This document shows positions 8,305 through 18,153 of a stretch of 32,000 bases of DNA, piece by piece. The stretch is from the NCBI RefSeq assembly GCF_016127575.1, contig NZ_CP066018.1:2010001-2042000 (forward strand), written 5' to 3'. The translations under genes and the position numbers were made by a program. The DNA comes from Cupriavidus necator (GTDB lineage: Bacteria; Pseudomonadota; Gammaproteobacteria; Burkholderiales; Burkholderiaceae). The first letter of the stretch is position 1, and every line of letters begins with the position of its first letter. Below the pieces are notes generated by a model. That model did not search any database. It was not told the DNA's origin and worked only from the letters and a program-made list of their open reading frames with translations.

Positions 8305-10106
8305 GCATGGCCCGTCCCAACCCGCCCCGCCGTGACCGCAACGGCACCGCCTCGCGCCCGCGCAGCGGGCAGTTCTCGGCCAGCCCGGTGCTGGGCCTGC
8401 GCCTGCCGATGTGGCGCTCCAAGCTGGTGGTGTTCCTGATGTTCGCCGCCTTCGGCGCGCTGGCCCTGCGCGCGGCCTGGATCCAGGGCCCCGGCAACCA
8501 GTTCTACGAGGCCGAGGGCAAGAAGCGCTTCCAGCGCACGCTGGAGCTGCCGGCCACGCGCGGCAAGATCCTGGACCGCAACGGCCTGGTGCTGGCCACC
8601 AGCCTGCCGGTCAAGGCCGTCTGGGCGGTGCCCGAGGACGTGCCCAACCAGGTCGAGGCCGCCAAGATCCGCCAGCTGGCGAAGTTGCTCGGCATGTCCG
8701 AGAAAGACCTTGGCAAGAAGCTGTCCGAGGACAAGGGCTTCGTCTACCTGAAGCGCCAGGTGCTGCCTGACGTCGCCGACAAGATCGCCGCGCTGAAGAT
8801 CGAGGGCATCCACCAGACCCGCGAATACAAGCGCTTCTACCCGGAAGGCGAGGCGATGGCCCACATCGTCGGCTTCACCAACGTGGAAGACCGTGGCCAG
8901 GAAGGCGTGGAGCTGGCGCGCGAGCCCGGCCTGGCCGGCCGGGCCGGCGCGCGCCAGGTGATCAAGGACCGCCTGGGCCGCGTGGTCGAGGACGTCGGCG
9001 TGCTGAAGACCCCGCGCGACGGCGAGGACATCCAGCTGTCGATCGACGCCAAGATCCAGTACCTGGCCTACAACGAGCTCAAGGCCGTGGTCGAAAAGCA
9101 CAAGGCCAAGGCCGCCAGCGCGGTGGTGCTCGACGCCCAGACCGGCGAAGTGCTGGCGCTGGCCAACTGGCCCACCTACAACCCCAACGACCGTACCCGG
9201 CTGTCCGGCGAGCAGCTGCGCAACCGTGTGCTGACCGACACCTTCGAGCCCGGCTCGATGATGAAGCCGATCACGGTCGGCCTGGCGCTGCAGCTCAAGC
9301 GCGTGACGCCGTCCACGGTAATCACCACTACCGGCAAGTACAACTTCGAAGGCGCCACCATCAGCGATACCCACAACTACGGGGCGCTGACGGTGAGCGG
9401 CGTGATCCAGAAGTCGAGCAACATCGGCACGACCAAGATCGCGATGATGATGAAGCCGCAGGAGATGTGGGACATGTACACCAGCATCGGGCTGGGCCAG
9501 GCGCCCAAGATCGGCTTCCCCGGCGCCGTGGCCGGCCGCGTGCGCCCGTTCAAGAGCTGGCGCCCGATCGAGCAGGCCACCATGTCATACGGCTACGGCC
9601 TGTCGGTGTCGCTGTTCCAGATGGCGCATGCCTACACCATCTTCGCGCATGACGGCGAGCTGATCCCGGTGTCGATGTTCCGCACCAGCGGCCCCGCCAC
9701 CGGCGAGCGCATCCTGTCGCCCCAGGTGGCCCGCGACGTGCGCGCCATGATGGAAACCGTGACCGCGCCCGGCGGCACCGCGCCCGAGGCGCAGGTGATG
9801 GGCTACCGCGTCGGCGGCAAGACCGGCACCGCCTACAAGCATGAAGGCCGCGGCTACAACCGCAGCAAGTACCGCGCCTCGTTCATCGGCCTGGCGCCGA
9901 TGTCGAATCCGCGCATCATCGTGGCCGTCAGCGTGGACGAACCCACCGCGGGCAGCCACTACGGCGGCCTGGTGGCCGGCCCGGCGTTCGCGGCCATCAC
10001 CGGCGGCACGCTGCGCGCACTGAATGTGCAGCCCGACTCGCCGATCCGCCAGCTGGTGGTCAGCGACAAGGTGCAGGAGAGCGAACCGTGGAGTTCGACC
10101 CAATGA
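8301..10106 (+). CDS. ftsI: Peptidoglycan D,D-transpeptidase FtsI (PBP3)
   Basis: 601 aa. N-terminal TM segment, PBP dimerisation domain, and transpeptidase motifs 'SMMKP' (SxxK), 'SSN' and 'KTGT'. ATGA overlap with ftsL. Confidence 0.95.
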   Translation: MSMARPNPPRRDRNGTASRPRSGQFSASPVLGLRLPMWRSKLVVFLMFAAFGALALRAAWIQGPGNQFYEAEGKKRFQRTLELPATRGKILDRNGLVLATSLPVKAVWAVPEDVPNQVEAAKIRQLAKLLGMSEKDLGKKLSEDKGFVYLKRQVLPDVADKIAALKIEGIHQTREYKRFYPEGEAMAHIVGFTNVEDRGQEGVELAREPGLAGRAGARQVIKDRLGRVVEDVGVLKTPRDGEDIQLSIDAKIQYLAYNELKAVVEKHKAKAASAVVLDAQTGEVLALANWPTYNPNDRTRLSGEQLRNRVLTDTFEPGSMMKPITVGLALQLKRVTPSTVITTTGKYNFEGATISDTHNYGALTVSGVIQKSSNIGTTKIAMMMKPQEMWDMYTSIGLGQAPKIGFPGAVAGRVRPFKSWRPIEQATMSYGYGLSVSLFQMAHAYTIFAHDGELIPVSMFRTSGPATGERILSPQVARDVRAMMETVTAPGGTAPEAQVMGYRVGGKTGTAYKHEGRGYNRSKYRASFIGLAPMSNPRIIVAVSVDEPTAGSHYGGLVAGPAFAAITGGTLRALNVQPDSPIRQLVVSDKVQESEPWSSTQ

Positions 10107-11665
10107 CGGCCAAGCCACTGCTCCCGCTCGAGGTCACCGCGCAGGCCAGCAATGCGCTGGCCTGGCTGCGTACCAACGTGGCCGCCGCCGCGCAGCTGAC
10201 CGGAGATACCCGGCGCCTGGCGCGTGGCGATGTGTTCTTCGCCTACGTGCTCGGCAACGCGCGCCTGGCCACCGACGGCCGGCTCTATATCGCCCAGGCG
10301 ATTGCCGCCGGCGCGGGGGCCATCGTCTATGAGGCCGACGGCTTCGACTGGCCCTTCAGCGACGTCGTGCCGCATCTCGCGGTGAGCCACCTGCACCAGC
10401 TGGCCGGCCCGATCGCCGCCGGCTGGCATGGCAACCCGGTGCGCGGCCTGGCCGTGACCGGCATCACCGGCACCAACGGCAAGACCTCGTGCAGCCAGTG
10501 GCTGGCACGGGTGCTGCAGGCCGCCGGCACGCCCTGCGCGACCATCGGCACGCTGGGCACTGGCTTCCCGGGCGCGCTGCAGGCTACCGGCTTCACCACG
10601 CCTGACGCGGTGCAGCTGCAGGCCAGCCTGGCGTCCCTGCACGACGCCGGCGCGCGCGCGGTGGCGATGGAGGTGTCCTCGCACGGCCTGGAGCAGGAGC
10701 GCGTGGCCGGTACGCATTTCTCTGTGGCGGTGCTGACCAACCTGACCCAGGACCACCTCGACTACCACGGCTCGATGGCCGAGTACGAGGCCGCCAAGGA
10801 GAGCCTGTTCCGCTGGGACGGCCTGCGCACCGCGGTGGTCAACCGCGACGACGCCATGGGCCAGCGCCTGCTGGCGGCGGACGCCGCCGCCATCGGCGCG
10901 CCGCACGTGATCGAATACGGCATCGACGGCCCGGGCGCGGCCACGGTGCGCCGCCCGCGCGGCGAGTGGCTGCGCGCCACCAACGTGCGCGCCACGCCCA
11001 CCGGCACCGCCTTCCATATCGACGGCAGCTTCGGCAGCGCCGAGATGGCCACACCGATGATCGGCGCCTTCAACGTCAGCAACCTGCTGGCGGTGCTGGG
11101 TGCGGCGCTGGCCAACGGCGTGGCGTGGGACGCGGCCATCGCCGCGCTGCGCGCGCTGACGCCGGTCGAAGGGCGCATGGAGTTGTTCGGTGCCGCCGGC
11201 GGCCCGGATGCGCCGCTGGCCGTGGTCGACTACGCCCATACCCCGGACGCGCTGGCGCAGACGCTGGCCGCGCTGCGCCCGGTGGCGCAGGCGCGCAACG
11301 GCCGCCTGTGGTGCGTGTTCGGCTGCGGTGGCGACCGCGACCCGATCAAGCGCCCGCTGATGGGCGCGGTGGCCGAGCGCGAGGCCGACGAGGTCATCCT
11401 GACCAGCGACAACCCGCGCAGCGAAGACCCGCAGGACATCCTGGACGCCATTGCCGACGGCATGGCCGTGCGCGCGCGCGCGCGCCAGATCGAAGACCGC
11501 GCCGCCGCCATCCTCTATGCCGTCAGGCACGCGGCACCGGCCGACGTGGTGCTGGTGGCGGGCAAGGGCCATGAGGCCACCCAGGAGATCCAGGGGCGCA
11601 AGCGCCCGTTCTCCGATCGCGAACATGTACGACTGGCGCTTGCCACCCGTGGAGTATCGGCATGA
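10103..11665 (+). CDS. murE: UDP-N-acetylmuramoyl-L-alanyl-D-glutamate--2,6-diaminopimelate ligase
   Basis: Mur ligase motifs '[10 protein letters not shown]' and the DAP-specific 'DNPR'. I chose the ATG at 10103, which makes an ATGA overlap with the ftsI stop. An in-frame GTG at 10088 is the alternative. Confidence 0.93.
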   Translation: MTAKPLLPLEVTAQASNALAWLRTNVAAAAQLTGDTRRLARGDVFFAYVLGNARLATDGRLYIAQAIAAGAGAIVYEADGFDWPFSDVVPHLAVSHLHQLAGPIAAGWHGNPVRGLAVTGITGTNGKTSCSQWLARVLQAAGTPCATIGTLGTGFPGALQATGFTTPDAVQLQASLASLHDAGARAVAMEVSSHGLEQERVAGTHFSVAVLTNLTQDHLDYHGSMAEYEAAKESLFRWDGLRTAVVNRDDAMGQRLLAADAAAIGAPHVIEYGIDGPGAATVRRPRGEWLRATNVRATPTGTAFHIDGSFGSAEMATPMIGAFNVSNLLAVLGAALANGVAWDAAIAALRALTPVEGRMELFGAAGGPDAPLAVVDYAHTPDALAQTLAALRPVAQARNGRLWCVFGCGGDRDPIKRPLMGAVAEREADEVILTSDNPRSEDPQDILDAIADGMAVRARARQIEDRAAAILYAVRHAAPADVVLVAGKGHEATQEIQGRKRPFSDREHVRLALATRGVSA

Positions 11666-13062
11666 GCCAGACCCCAATGACCAACTTGCAGCAAGCCGCC
11701 GGCTGGATCGCCGGCGCGCGCGTTTGCGGCGACGGCGCCGTGGAGTTTTCGCGCGTGCATAGCGACAGCCGCAGCGTCGAGCCCGGCGACCTGTTCGTCG
11801 CTCTCAAGGGCGAGCGCTTCGACGCGCATGACTTTATCGCCGACGTGGTGGCGCGCGGCGCTGCCGCCGTGCTGGTCAGCCGCGAGGTCGATGCCGGCGT
11901 GCCGGCCATCGTCGCGCCGGACACGCGCATTGCGCTGGGCGAGCTCGGCGCCGGCTGGCGCCGCCAGTTCACGCTGCCGGCGGTGGCGGTGACCGGCAGC
12001 AACGGCAAGACCACGGTCAAGGAAATGATCGCGGCCATCTTCGCCGCGGCGGTAGGCGAGGAGCAGCGCCTGGCCACCGGCGGCAACCTGAACAACGATA
12101 TCGGCCTGCCGCTGACGGTGCTGCGCCTGCGCGCCACGCACAAGCTGGCGGTGCTGGAGCTCGGCATGAACCATCCGGGCGAGACGGTCTACCTGGCCGG
12201 CATCGCCCAGCCCACCGTGGCGGTGATCACCAACGCGCAGCGCGAGCACCAGGAGTTCATGGTCAGCGTGGAAGCCGTCGCCCACGAGCACGCTGCCGCG
12301 ATTGCGGCGCTGCCTGCCAACGGCGTGGCGGTGTACCCGCTCGACGCGGAAAGCGGCGGCGCCTACGCGCCGGTGTGGCGCAATGCCGCGGGCGCGCGCC
12401 GTGCGCTGTCGTTCGGCACCTCGCAGCGCGCCGATGTGCACGCCACCGTGACGCTGGTCGACGGCGCACAGGTGATGCAGGTACGCGCGCCTGGCCATGC
12501 CTTCGACGTGCGCCTGGCGCTGCTGGGTGAGCACAACGTGCGCAACGCGCTGGCGGCCATCGCCTGCGCGCTGGCCGCGGGGGTGCACGTGCCGGCGATC
12601 CAGCGGGGCCTGGCCGGGTTCCAGGCGGTCAAGGGCCGGCTGCAGGTCAAGTACACGCCGGGTGGGACGGTAGTCATCGACGACACATACAACGCCAACC
12701 CCGACTCCATGCGCGCCGCCATCGACGTGCTGGCCGGCTTTGCCGCGCCGCGTGTGCTGGTGCTGGGCGACATGGGCGAAGTGGGCGACCAGGGCCCCGC
12801 ATTCCACCAAGAAATCGGTGCCTACGCCAAGGCACGCGGCATTGGCACGCTGTGGGCGACCGGTGAACTGGCCGTGCATGCGGTGCAGGCATTCGGCGCG
12901 GGTGGCCGGCATTTCGGCACCGCGGAAGCCCTGGCAAAGGCGCTGGAGGAAGACAGCAGGGGCATGGTGGAGCAAGTGGGCGCCGTGCTGGTGAAGGGAT
13001 CGCGCTTCATGCGCATGGAACGGATGGTCGCGGCGCTGGTCGCAGACACTTCCGCACATTAA
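11662..13062 (+). CDS. murF: UDP-N-acetylmuramoyl-tripeptide--D-alanyl-D-alanine ligase
   Basis: 466 aa with 'VTGSNGKTTVKEM' P-loop and 'DDTYNANPDSM'. ATGA overlap with murE. Confidence 0.95.
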   Translation: MSQTPMTNLQQAAGWIAGARVCGDGAVEFSRVHSDSRSVEPGDLFVALKGERFDAHDFIADVVARGAAAVLVSREVDAGVPAIVAPDTRIALGELGAGWRRQFTLPAVAVTGSNGKTTVKEMIAAIFAAAVGEEQRLATGGNLNNDIGLPLTVLRLRATHKLAVLELGMNHPGETVYLAGIAQPTVAVITNAQREHQEFMVSVEAVAHEHAAAIAALPANGVAVYPLDAESGGAYAPVWRNAAGARRALSFGTSQRADVHATVTLVDGAQVMQVRAPGHAFDVRLALLGEHNVRNALAAIACALAAGVHVPAIQRGLAGFQAVKGRLQVKYTPGGTVVIDDTYNANPDSMRAAIDVLAGFAAPRVLVLGDMGEVGDQGPAFHQEIGAYAKARGIGTLWATGELAVHAVQAFGAGGRHFGTAEALAKALEEDSRGMVEQVGAVLVKGSRFMRMERMVAALVADTSAH

Positions 13063-13075
13063 ATAAGACAACACG

Positions 13076-14245
13076 ATGTTATTGGCTCTGGCCCAGTGGC
13101 TGCAAAACGACTACAGCTTCCTCCGGGTCGTCAACTATCTGACTTTCCGCGCGGTGATGGCCAACCTCACCGCGCTTCTGATCGGGCTGGCGTTCGGTCC
13201 GTGGGTGATCCGCAAGCTGACCGAGCTGAAGGTCGGCCAGGCGGTGCGCACCATCGGCCCGCAGACCCACTTGGTCAAGGCCGGCACGCCGACCATGGGC
13301 GGCGTGCTGGTGCTGGTCTCGATCGCGGTGTCGACGCTGCTGTGGTGCGACTGGGGCAACCGTTTTATCTGGGTGGTGATGCTGGTCACCTTCGGCTACG
13401 GCGCGATCGGCTGGGTCGACGACTACCGCAAGGTGGTGTATCGCGACCCGCGCGGCATGTCGAGCCGCGAGAAATTTTTCTGGCAGACGCTGATCGGCCT
13501 GGTGGCCGCGGTCTACCTGGCGTTTTCGGTATCGGAAAGCAGCAACGTGCGGGTGTGGGAGCTGTTCCTGAACTGGGTCGAGGGCGGGCTGTCGTTGGAC
13601 ATGCCGTACAAGTCCAACCTGATCGTGCCCTTCTTCAAGGAGATCAGCTACCCGCTGGGCGTGGCCGGCTTCATCGTGCTGACCTACCTGGTGATCGTGG
13701 GCTCGAGCAACGCCGTCAACCTGACCGACGGCCTGGACGGCCTGGTGATCATGCCGGTGGTGCTGGTTGGCGGCGGGCTGGGCGTGTTTGCGTACGTAAT
13801 GGGCAACTCGGTCTACAGCAAGTACCTGCTGTTCCCGCATATCCCGGGCGCGGGCGAACTGCTGATCTTCTGCTCGGCATTGGCCGGCGCGGGGCTGGCC
13901 TTCCTCTGGTTCAATGCGCACCCGGCGCAGGTGTTCATGGGCGACGTCGGCGCGCTGGCGCTGGGCGGCGCGCTCGGCACGGTGGCGGTGATCGTGCGCC
14001 AGGAGATCGTGCTGTTCGTGATGGGCGGCATCTTCGTGGTGGAAACACTGTCGGTGATGGCGCAGGTGACGTGGTTCAAGATCACCAAGCGCCGCTATGG
14101 CGAAGGCAGGCGGCTGTTCCGGATGGCGCCGCTGCACCACCATTTCGAGCTGGGCGGTTGGAAGGAAACCCAGGTCACGGTGCGCTTCTGGATCATCACC
14201 ATGCTGCTGGTGCTGATCGGGTTGTCGACGCTGAAGTTGCGTTAA
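13076..14245 (+). CDS. mraY: Phospho-N-acetylmuramoyl-pentapeptide transferase
   Basis: 389 aa polytopic membrane protein with 'TKxGTPTMGG'-type motif ('[11 protein letters not shown]'), '[12 protein letters not shown]' and 'APLHHHFE'. Confidence 0.97.
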   Translation: MLLALAQWLQNDYSFLRVVNYLTFRAVMANLTALLIGLAFGPWVIRKLTELKVGQAVRTIGPQTHLVKAGTPTMGGVLVLVSIAVSTLLWCDWGNRFIWVVMLVTFGYGAIGWVDDYRKVVYRDPRGMSSREKFFWQTLIGLVAAVYLAFSVSESSNVRVWELFLNWVEGGLSLDMPYKSNLIVPFFKEISYPLGVAGFIVLTYLVIVGSSNAVNLTDGLDGLVIMPVVLVGGGLGVFAYVMGNSVYSKYLLFPHIPGAGELLIFCSALAGAGLAFLWFNAHPAQVFMGDVGALALGGALGTVAVIVRQEIVLFVMGGIFVVETLSVMAQVTWFKITKRRYGEGRRLFRMAPLHHHFELGGWKETQVTVRFWIITMLLVLIGLSTLKLR

Positions 14246-14314
14246 TGGTTGCGCGGGTCAGGGACTGACGGCGCTTTCTATATAGATACAGGAAAACAAA
14301 GGCAGGAAATCGAA

Positions 14315-15826
14315 GTGTTTGGCGAGCTGCAAAAACCTCATGTGCTGGTACTGGGCCTTGGTGAGTCGGGCCTGGCCATGGCGCGCTGGTGTGGCCTGAA
14401 CGGCTGCGCGGTGCGCGTGGCTGACACGCGCGAGGCGCCCGCCAACCTTGTCTTCCTGCAGGCCGAGCTGACTTCGGCCGAATTCGTCGGCGGCCCGTTC
14501 GCCGACAGCCTGCTCGACGGCATCGGCCTGGTGGCGATCAGTCCGGGCCTGTCGCCGCTGGAAGCCGCCACTGGCGCGCTGCTGGCCGCGGCGCAGGCGC
14601 GCGGCATCCCCGTGTGGGGCGAGATCGAGCTGTTCGTGCGCGCGCTGCGCCACCTGGAAGCCGAGTCCGGCTACGCGCCGAAGATCCTGGCGATCACCGG
14701 CACCAACGGCAAGACCACCACCACCGCGCTGACCGGCCGGCTGGTGGAGCGCGCCGGCAAGAGCGTGGCGGTGGCGGGCAATATCAGCCCGTCGGCGCTG
14801 GACAAGCTGTCGGCCTGCATCGCCTCGGCATCGCTGCCGGAGGTGTGGGTGCTTGAGCTGTCCAGCTTCCAGCTGGAAACCACGCACACGCTGGCGCCCG
14901 CCGCGGCGACTGTGCTCAACGTCACCCAGGACCACCTGGACTGGCATGGCTCGATGGAAGCCTATGCCGCGTCCAAGGCGCGCATCTTCGGGCCGGCCGG
15001 CAGCGAGTGCGTGCAGGTGCTCAACCGCAACGACCGCCTGACCATGGATATGGCGCGGCCCGGGAGCACGCCGCTGACCTTTGGCACCGACCTGCCGGAA
15101 ACGCCGGGCAGCTTCGGCATCCTGCGCGAGGGCGGCATGCCCTGGCTGGTGCTGGCCGAACCCGATCCGGACGCGGAAGGGGAGGGCAAGCCGCGCCGCC
15201 GCAAGGCCGCCGAGGTGGCCCGGGAAGCCGTGCCGGTGCGCCACAAGCGCCTGATGCCGGCCGACGCGCTGCATATCCGCGGCATGCACAACGCCACCAA
15301 CGCGATGGCCGCGCTGGCGCTGTGCCGCGCCATCGACCTGCCGATGAACGCACTGCTGCACGGCCTGCGCGAATACCGCGGCGAGCCGCACCGCGTGGAG
15401 TGGGTTGCGACCATCGACGATGTCGAGTATTTCGACGACAGCAAGGGCACCAACGTGGGCGCAACCGTGGCCGCGCTGTCTGGGCTGGACAAGCGCGTGG
15501 TGCTGATCGCCGGCGGCGAAGGCAAGGGCCAGGATTTCTCGCCGCTGGCCGCGCCGGTGGCGCAGTACGCGCGCGCGGTGGTGCTGATCGGCCGTGCCGC
15601 GGGTGAACTGCGCGATGCATTGCAGGGCAGCGGTGCCAGCCTGGTCGACGCCGGCACGCTGGAAGAGGCCGTGACCAAGGCTGCCGGACTGGCCGAGAGC
15701 GGCGATGTGGTGCTGCTGTCGCCGGCATGCGCCAGCCTCGACATGTTCCGCAACTACGTGCATCGCGCCGAGGTGTTCCGCGGCGCCGTGGAAGAACTGG
15801 CGCTGTCCCGGGGGATCCTGCCATGA
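14315..15826 (+). CDS. murD: UDP-N-acetylmuramoylalanine--D-glutamate ligase
   Basis: '[10 protein letters not shown]' Rossmann N-terminus, '[11 protein letters not shown]' and '[10 protein letters not shown]'. I prefer the GTG start at 14315, with AGGA at 14304-14307 and a 7-nt spacer. The track's start at 14249 is a TTG only 4 nt after the mraY stop and adds a non-conserved peptide. Confidence 0.92.
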   Translation: MFGELQKPHVLVLGLGESGLAMARWCGLNGCAVRVADTREAPANLVFLQAELTSAEFVGGPFADSLLDGIGLVAISPGLSPLEAATGALLAAAQARGIPVWGEIELFVRALRHLEAESGYAPKILAITGTNGKTTTTALTGRLVERAGKSVAVAGNISPSALDKLSACIASASLPEVWVLELSSFQLETTHTLAPAAATVLNVTQDHLDWHGSMEAYAASKARIFGPAGSECVQVLNRNDRLTMDMARPGSTPLTFGTDLPETPGSFGILREGGMPWLVLAEPDPDAEGEGKPRRRKAAEVAREAVPVRHKRLMPADALHIRGMHNATNAMAALALCRAIDLPMNALLHGLREYRGEPHRVEWVATIDDVEYFDDSKGTNVGATVAALSGLDKRVVLIAGGEGKGQDFSPLAAPVAQYARAVVLIGRAAGELRDALQGSGASLVDAGTLEEAVTKAAGLAESGDVVLLSPACASLDMFRNYVHRAEVFRGAVEELALSRGILP

Positions 15827-17064
15827 GCGAAGCACAGGTCAAGCGCAGCGGCTTTATCGGCGCCACCATCGGCAATGCCTGGGGTGGCCTGCGCGACGCC
15901 GTGTCGGGCGTCAAGCCGACCCGCTCGCGCATGATGGAGTACGACCAGCCCATGCTGTGGGTGTCGATCGTGCTGCTCGCGCTCGGCCTGGTGATGGTCT
16001 ATTCGGCCTCGATCGCGCTGCCGGACTCGCCGCGCTACGCCAACTATCGCGAGAGCCACTTCCTGATGCGCCATGCGTTCGCGCTGGGGATCGGGCTGTC
16101 GGTCGGGCTGGCGTCGTTCCAGGTCCCGGTCAAGGTGTGGGACCGCTACGCGCCCAAGCTCTTTATCTTCGCGCTGATCCTGCTGGTGATCGTGCTGGTG
16201 CCGTTCGTCGGCAAGGGCGTGAACGGCGCGCGGCGCTGGATTCCGCTGGGCGTGATGAACTTCCAGCCGTCCGAGCTGATGAAGCTGGCGGTGGTGCTGT
16301 ACGCGGCCAACTACACCGTGCGCAAGCAGGAGTGGATGCAGACCGTGTCCAAGGGCTTTTTGCCGATGGGCGTGGCGGTGGTGGTGGTGGGCATGCTGCT
16401 GCTGCTCGAGCCCGACATGGGCGCGTTCCTGGTAATCGCCGCGGTGGCGATGGGCATCCTGTTCCTGGGCGGCATCAACGGCAAGCTGTTTGCCGGGCTG
16501 GTGGGCGTGGCAATCGGCGCGTTCGCGCTGCTGATCACGGCTTCGCCCTGGCGGCGCGAGCGGATCTTCGCCTACCTGAACCCGTGGGAAGAGAGCAACG
16601 CGCTGGGCAAGGCCTACCAGCTCACGCACTCGCTGATCGCTTTCGGCCGCGGCGAGTGGACCGGGGTGGGGCTGGGCGGCAGCATCGAGAAGCTGCACTA
16701 CCTGCCCGAGGCCCATACCGACTTCATCCTCGCGGTGATCGGCGAGGAATTCGGCTTTGTCGGCGTGCTGGTGGTGATCGTGCTGTTCTACTGGCTGGTG
16801 CGGCGCGCCTTCAATATCGGCCGCACCGCGCTGCAGCTGGACCGCACCTTTGCCGGCCTGGTGGCCAAGGGCATCGGCGTGTGGATCGGCTGGCAGACCT
16901 TTATCAATATGGGCGTGAATCTGGGCCTGCTGCCGACCAAGGGGCTGACGCTGCCGCTGGTGAGCTATGGCGGCTCGGGGATCTTGATGAACTGCGTGGC
17001 GCTGGCGATCCTGCTGCGCATTGATTATGAAAATCGAGTATTGATGCGCGGAGGGAAGGTATGA
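15823..17064 (+). CDS. ftsW: Peptidoglycan glycosyltransferase / lipid II-associated SEDS protein FtsW
   Basis: SEDS family motifs ('[18 protein letters not shown]', 'PEAHTDFI', '[16 protein letters not shown]'). The start ATG at 15823 gives an ATGA overlap with murD. The longer ORF from 15727 lies inside murD. Confidence 0.94.
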   Translation: MSEAQVKRSGFIGATIGNAWGGLRDAVSGVKPTRSRMMEYDQPMLWVSIVLLALGLVMVYSASIALPDSPRYANYRESHFLMRHAFALGIGLSVGLASFQVPVKVWDRYAPKLFIFALILLVIVLVPFVGKGVNGARRWIPLGVMNFQPSELMKLAVVLYAANYTVRKQEWMQTVSKGFLPMGVAVVVVGMLLLLEPDMGAFLVIAAVAMGILFLGGINGKLFAGLVGVAIGAFALLITASPWRRERIFAYLNPWEESNALGKAYQLTHSLIAFGRGEWTGVGLGGSIEKLHYLPEAHTDFILAVIGEEFGFVGVLVVIVLFYWLVRRAFNIGRTALQLDRTFAGLVAKGIGVWIGWQTFINMGVNLGLLPTKGLTLPLVSYGGSGILMNCVALAILLRIDYENRVLMRGGKV

Positions 17065-18131
17065 CCGGACCGCGCACCTTGCTCGTGATGGCCGGCGGCA
17101 CCGGGGGGCATGTGTTCCCGGGGCTGGCGGTCGCGCACGCGCTGCGCGAGCAGGGCTGGAAAGTGGTCTGGCTGGGCAACCGCACCGGCATGGAAGCCAC
17201 GCTGGTGCCCAAGCACGACATCCCGATGGAGTTCATCCAGTTCGGCGGGCTGCGCGGCAAAGGCCTGGTGACCAAGTTCCTGCTGCCGCTGAACCTGCTG
17301 CGTGCGTTCTGGCAGAGCATAGCCGCGCTGCGCCGGGTGCGCCCGAGCGTGGTGCTGGGCATGGGCGGCTATATCACCTTCCCGGCCGGCATGATGGCGT
17401 CGCTGCTGGGGCGCCCGCTGGTGCTGCACGAGCAGAACTCGATTGCCGGACTGGCCAACAAGGTGCTGGCCAAGGTGGCCGACCGCGTGCTGTGCGCGTT
17501 CCCGGACACGCTGCCCGGCGGCGAATGGACCGGCAACCCGGTACGCGAGGAACTGGCGCACCTGGACGCGCCCGAAGCGCGCTATGACCAGCGCAGCGGC
17601 CCGCTGCGGATCCTGGTGGTGGGCGGCAGCCTGGGCGCCGCGGCGTTGAACGAGGTGGTGCCCAAGGCCATCGCGCTGCTGCCCGGGGGCGAGCGCCCGG
17701 TGGTCACGCATCAGGCGGGCGCGAAGCAGATCGACACGCTGCGCGCCAACTACGCGGCCGCGCAGGTGCCCGCGCAGACCCTGCCGTTCATCGACGACAT
17801 GGCGCGCGCTTACGCCGATGCGGACCTGGTGATCTGCCGCGCTGGCGCGATGACGGTGTCGGAAGTGGCTGCCGCGGGTGTGGCGGCGATGTTCGTGCCG
17901 TTCCCGCATGCGGTGGACGACCACCAGACCACCAACGCGGAATTTTTGTCGAAGCAGGGCGCGGCCCTGCTGGTGCAGCAGAAAGACCTGACGGCCGAGG
18001 GGCTGGCGCAAACCATCGCCAGCCTGACCCGGCCGCAGCTGAAAGACATGGCGCGCCTGGCGCGCGGACTGGCCAAACCTGAGGCAACCCGGCGCGTCGC
18101 CGAGATCTGCAGTCAGCTGGCCAGGGACTGA
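17061..18131 (+). CDS. murG: UDP-N-acetylglucosamine--N-acetylmuramyl-(pentapeptide) pyrophosphoryl-undecaprenol GlcNAc transferase
   Basis: 356 aa with '[16 protein letters not shown]' G-loop and '[11 protein letters not shown]'. ATGA overlap with ftsW. Confidence 0.95.
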   Translation: MTGPRTLLVMAGGTGGHVFPGLAVAHALREQGWKVVWLGNRTGMEATLVPKHDIPMEFIQFGGLRGKGLVTKFLLPLNLLRAFWQSIAALRRVRPSVVLGMGGYITFPAGMMASLLGRPLVLHEQNSIAGLANKVLAKVADRVLCAFPDTLPGGEWTGNPVREELAHLDAPEARYDQRSGPLRILVVGGSLGAAALNEVVPKAIALLPGGERPVVTHQAGAKQIDTLRANYAAAQVPAQTLPFIDDMARAYADADLVICRAGAMTVSEVAAAGVAAMFVPFPHAVDDHQTTNAEFLSKQGAALLVQQKDLTAEGLAQTIASLTRPQLKDMARLARGLAKPEATRRVAEICSQLARD

Positions 18132-18153
18132 AGCCTATATAAGCAGCAATCGA

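Noticed and set aside
14257-14269. Reading GTCAG-GGA-CTGAC and the other GGACTG sites as CsrA/RsmA (GGA-in-loop) binding sites
   Set aside because: Only the 14257-14269 copy puts GGA in a hairpin loop. The others lack a flanking stem, and most lack the A(N)GGA context. The idea stays a speculation inside the motif finding and is not called as a feature.
13096-17024. Same-strand alternate-frame ORFs (13096-14268, 390 aa inside mraY; 15705-17024, 439 aa inside ftsW; also 10966-11574, 20681-21211 and others)
   Set aside because: These are off-frame readings of the real genes, with extremely Arg/Gly/Pro/Ala-rich translations. The annotated frames carry the family motifs.
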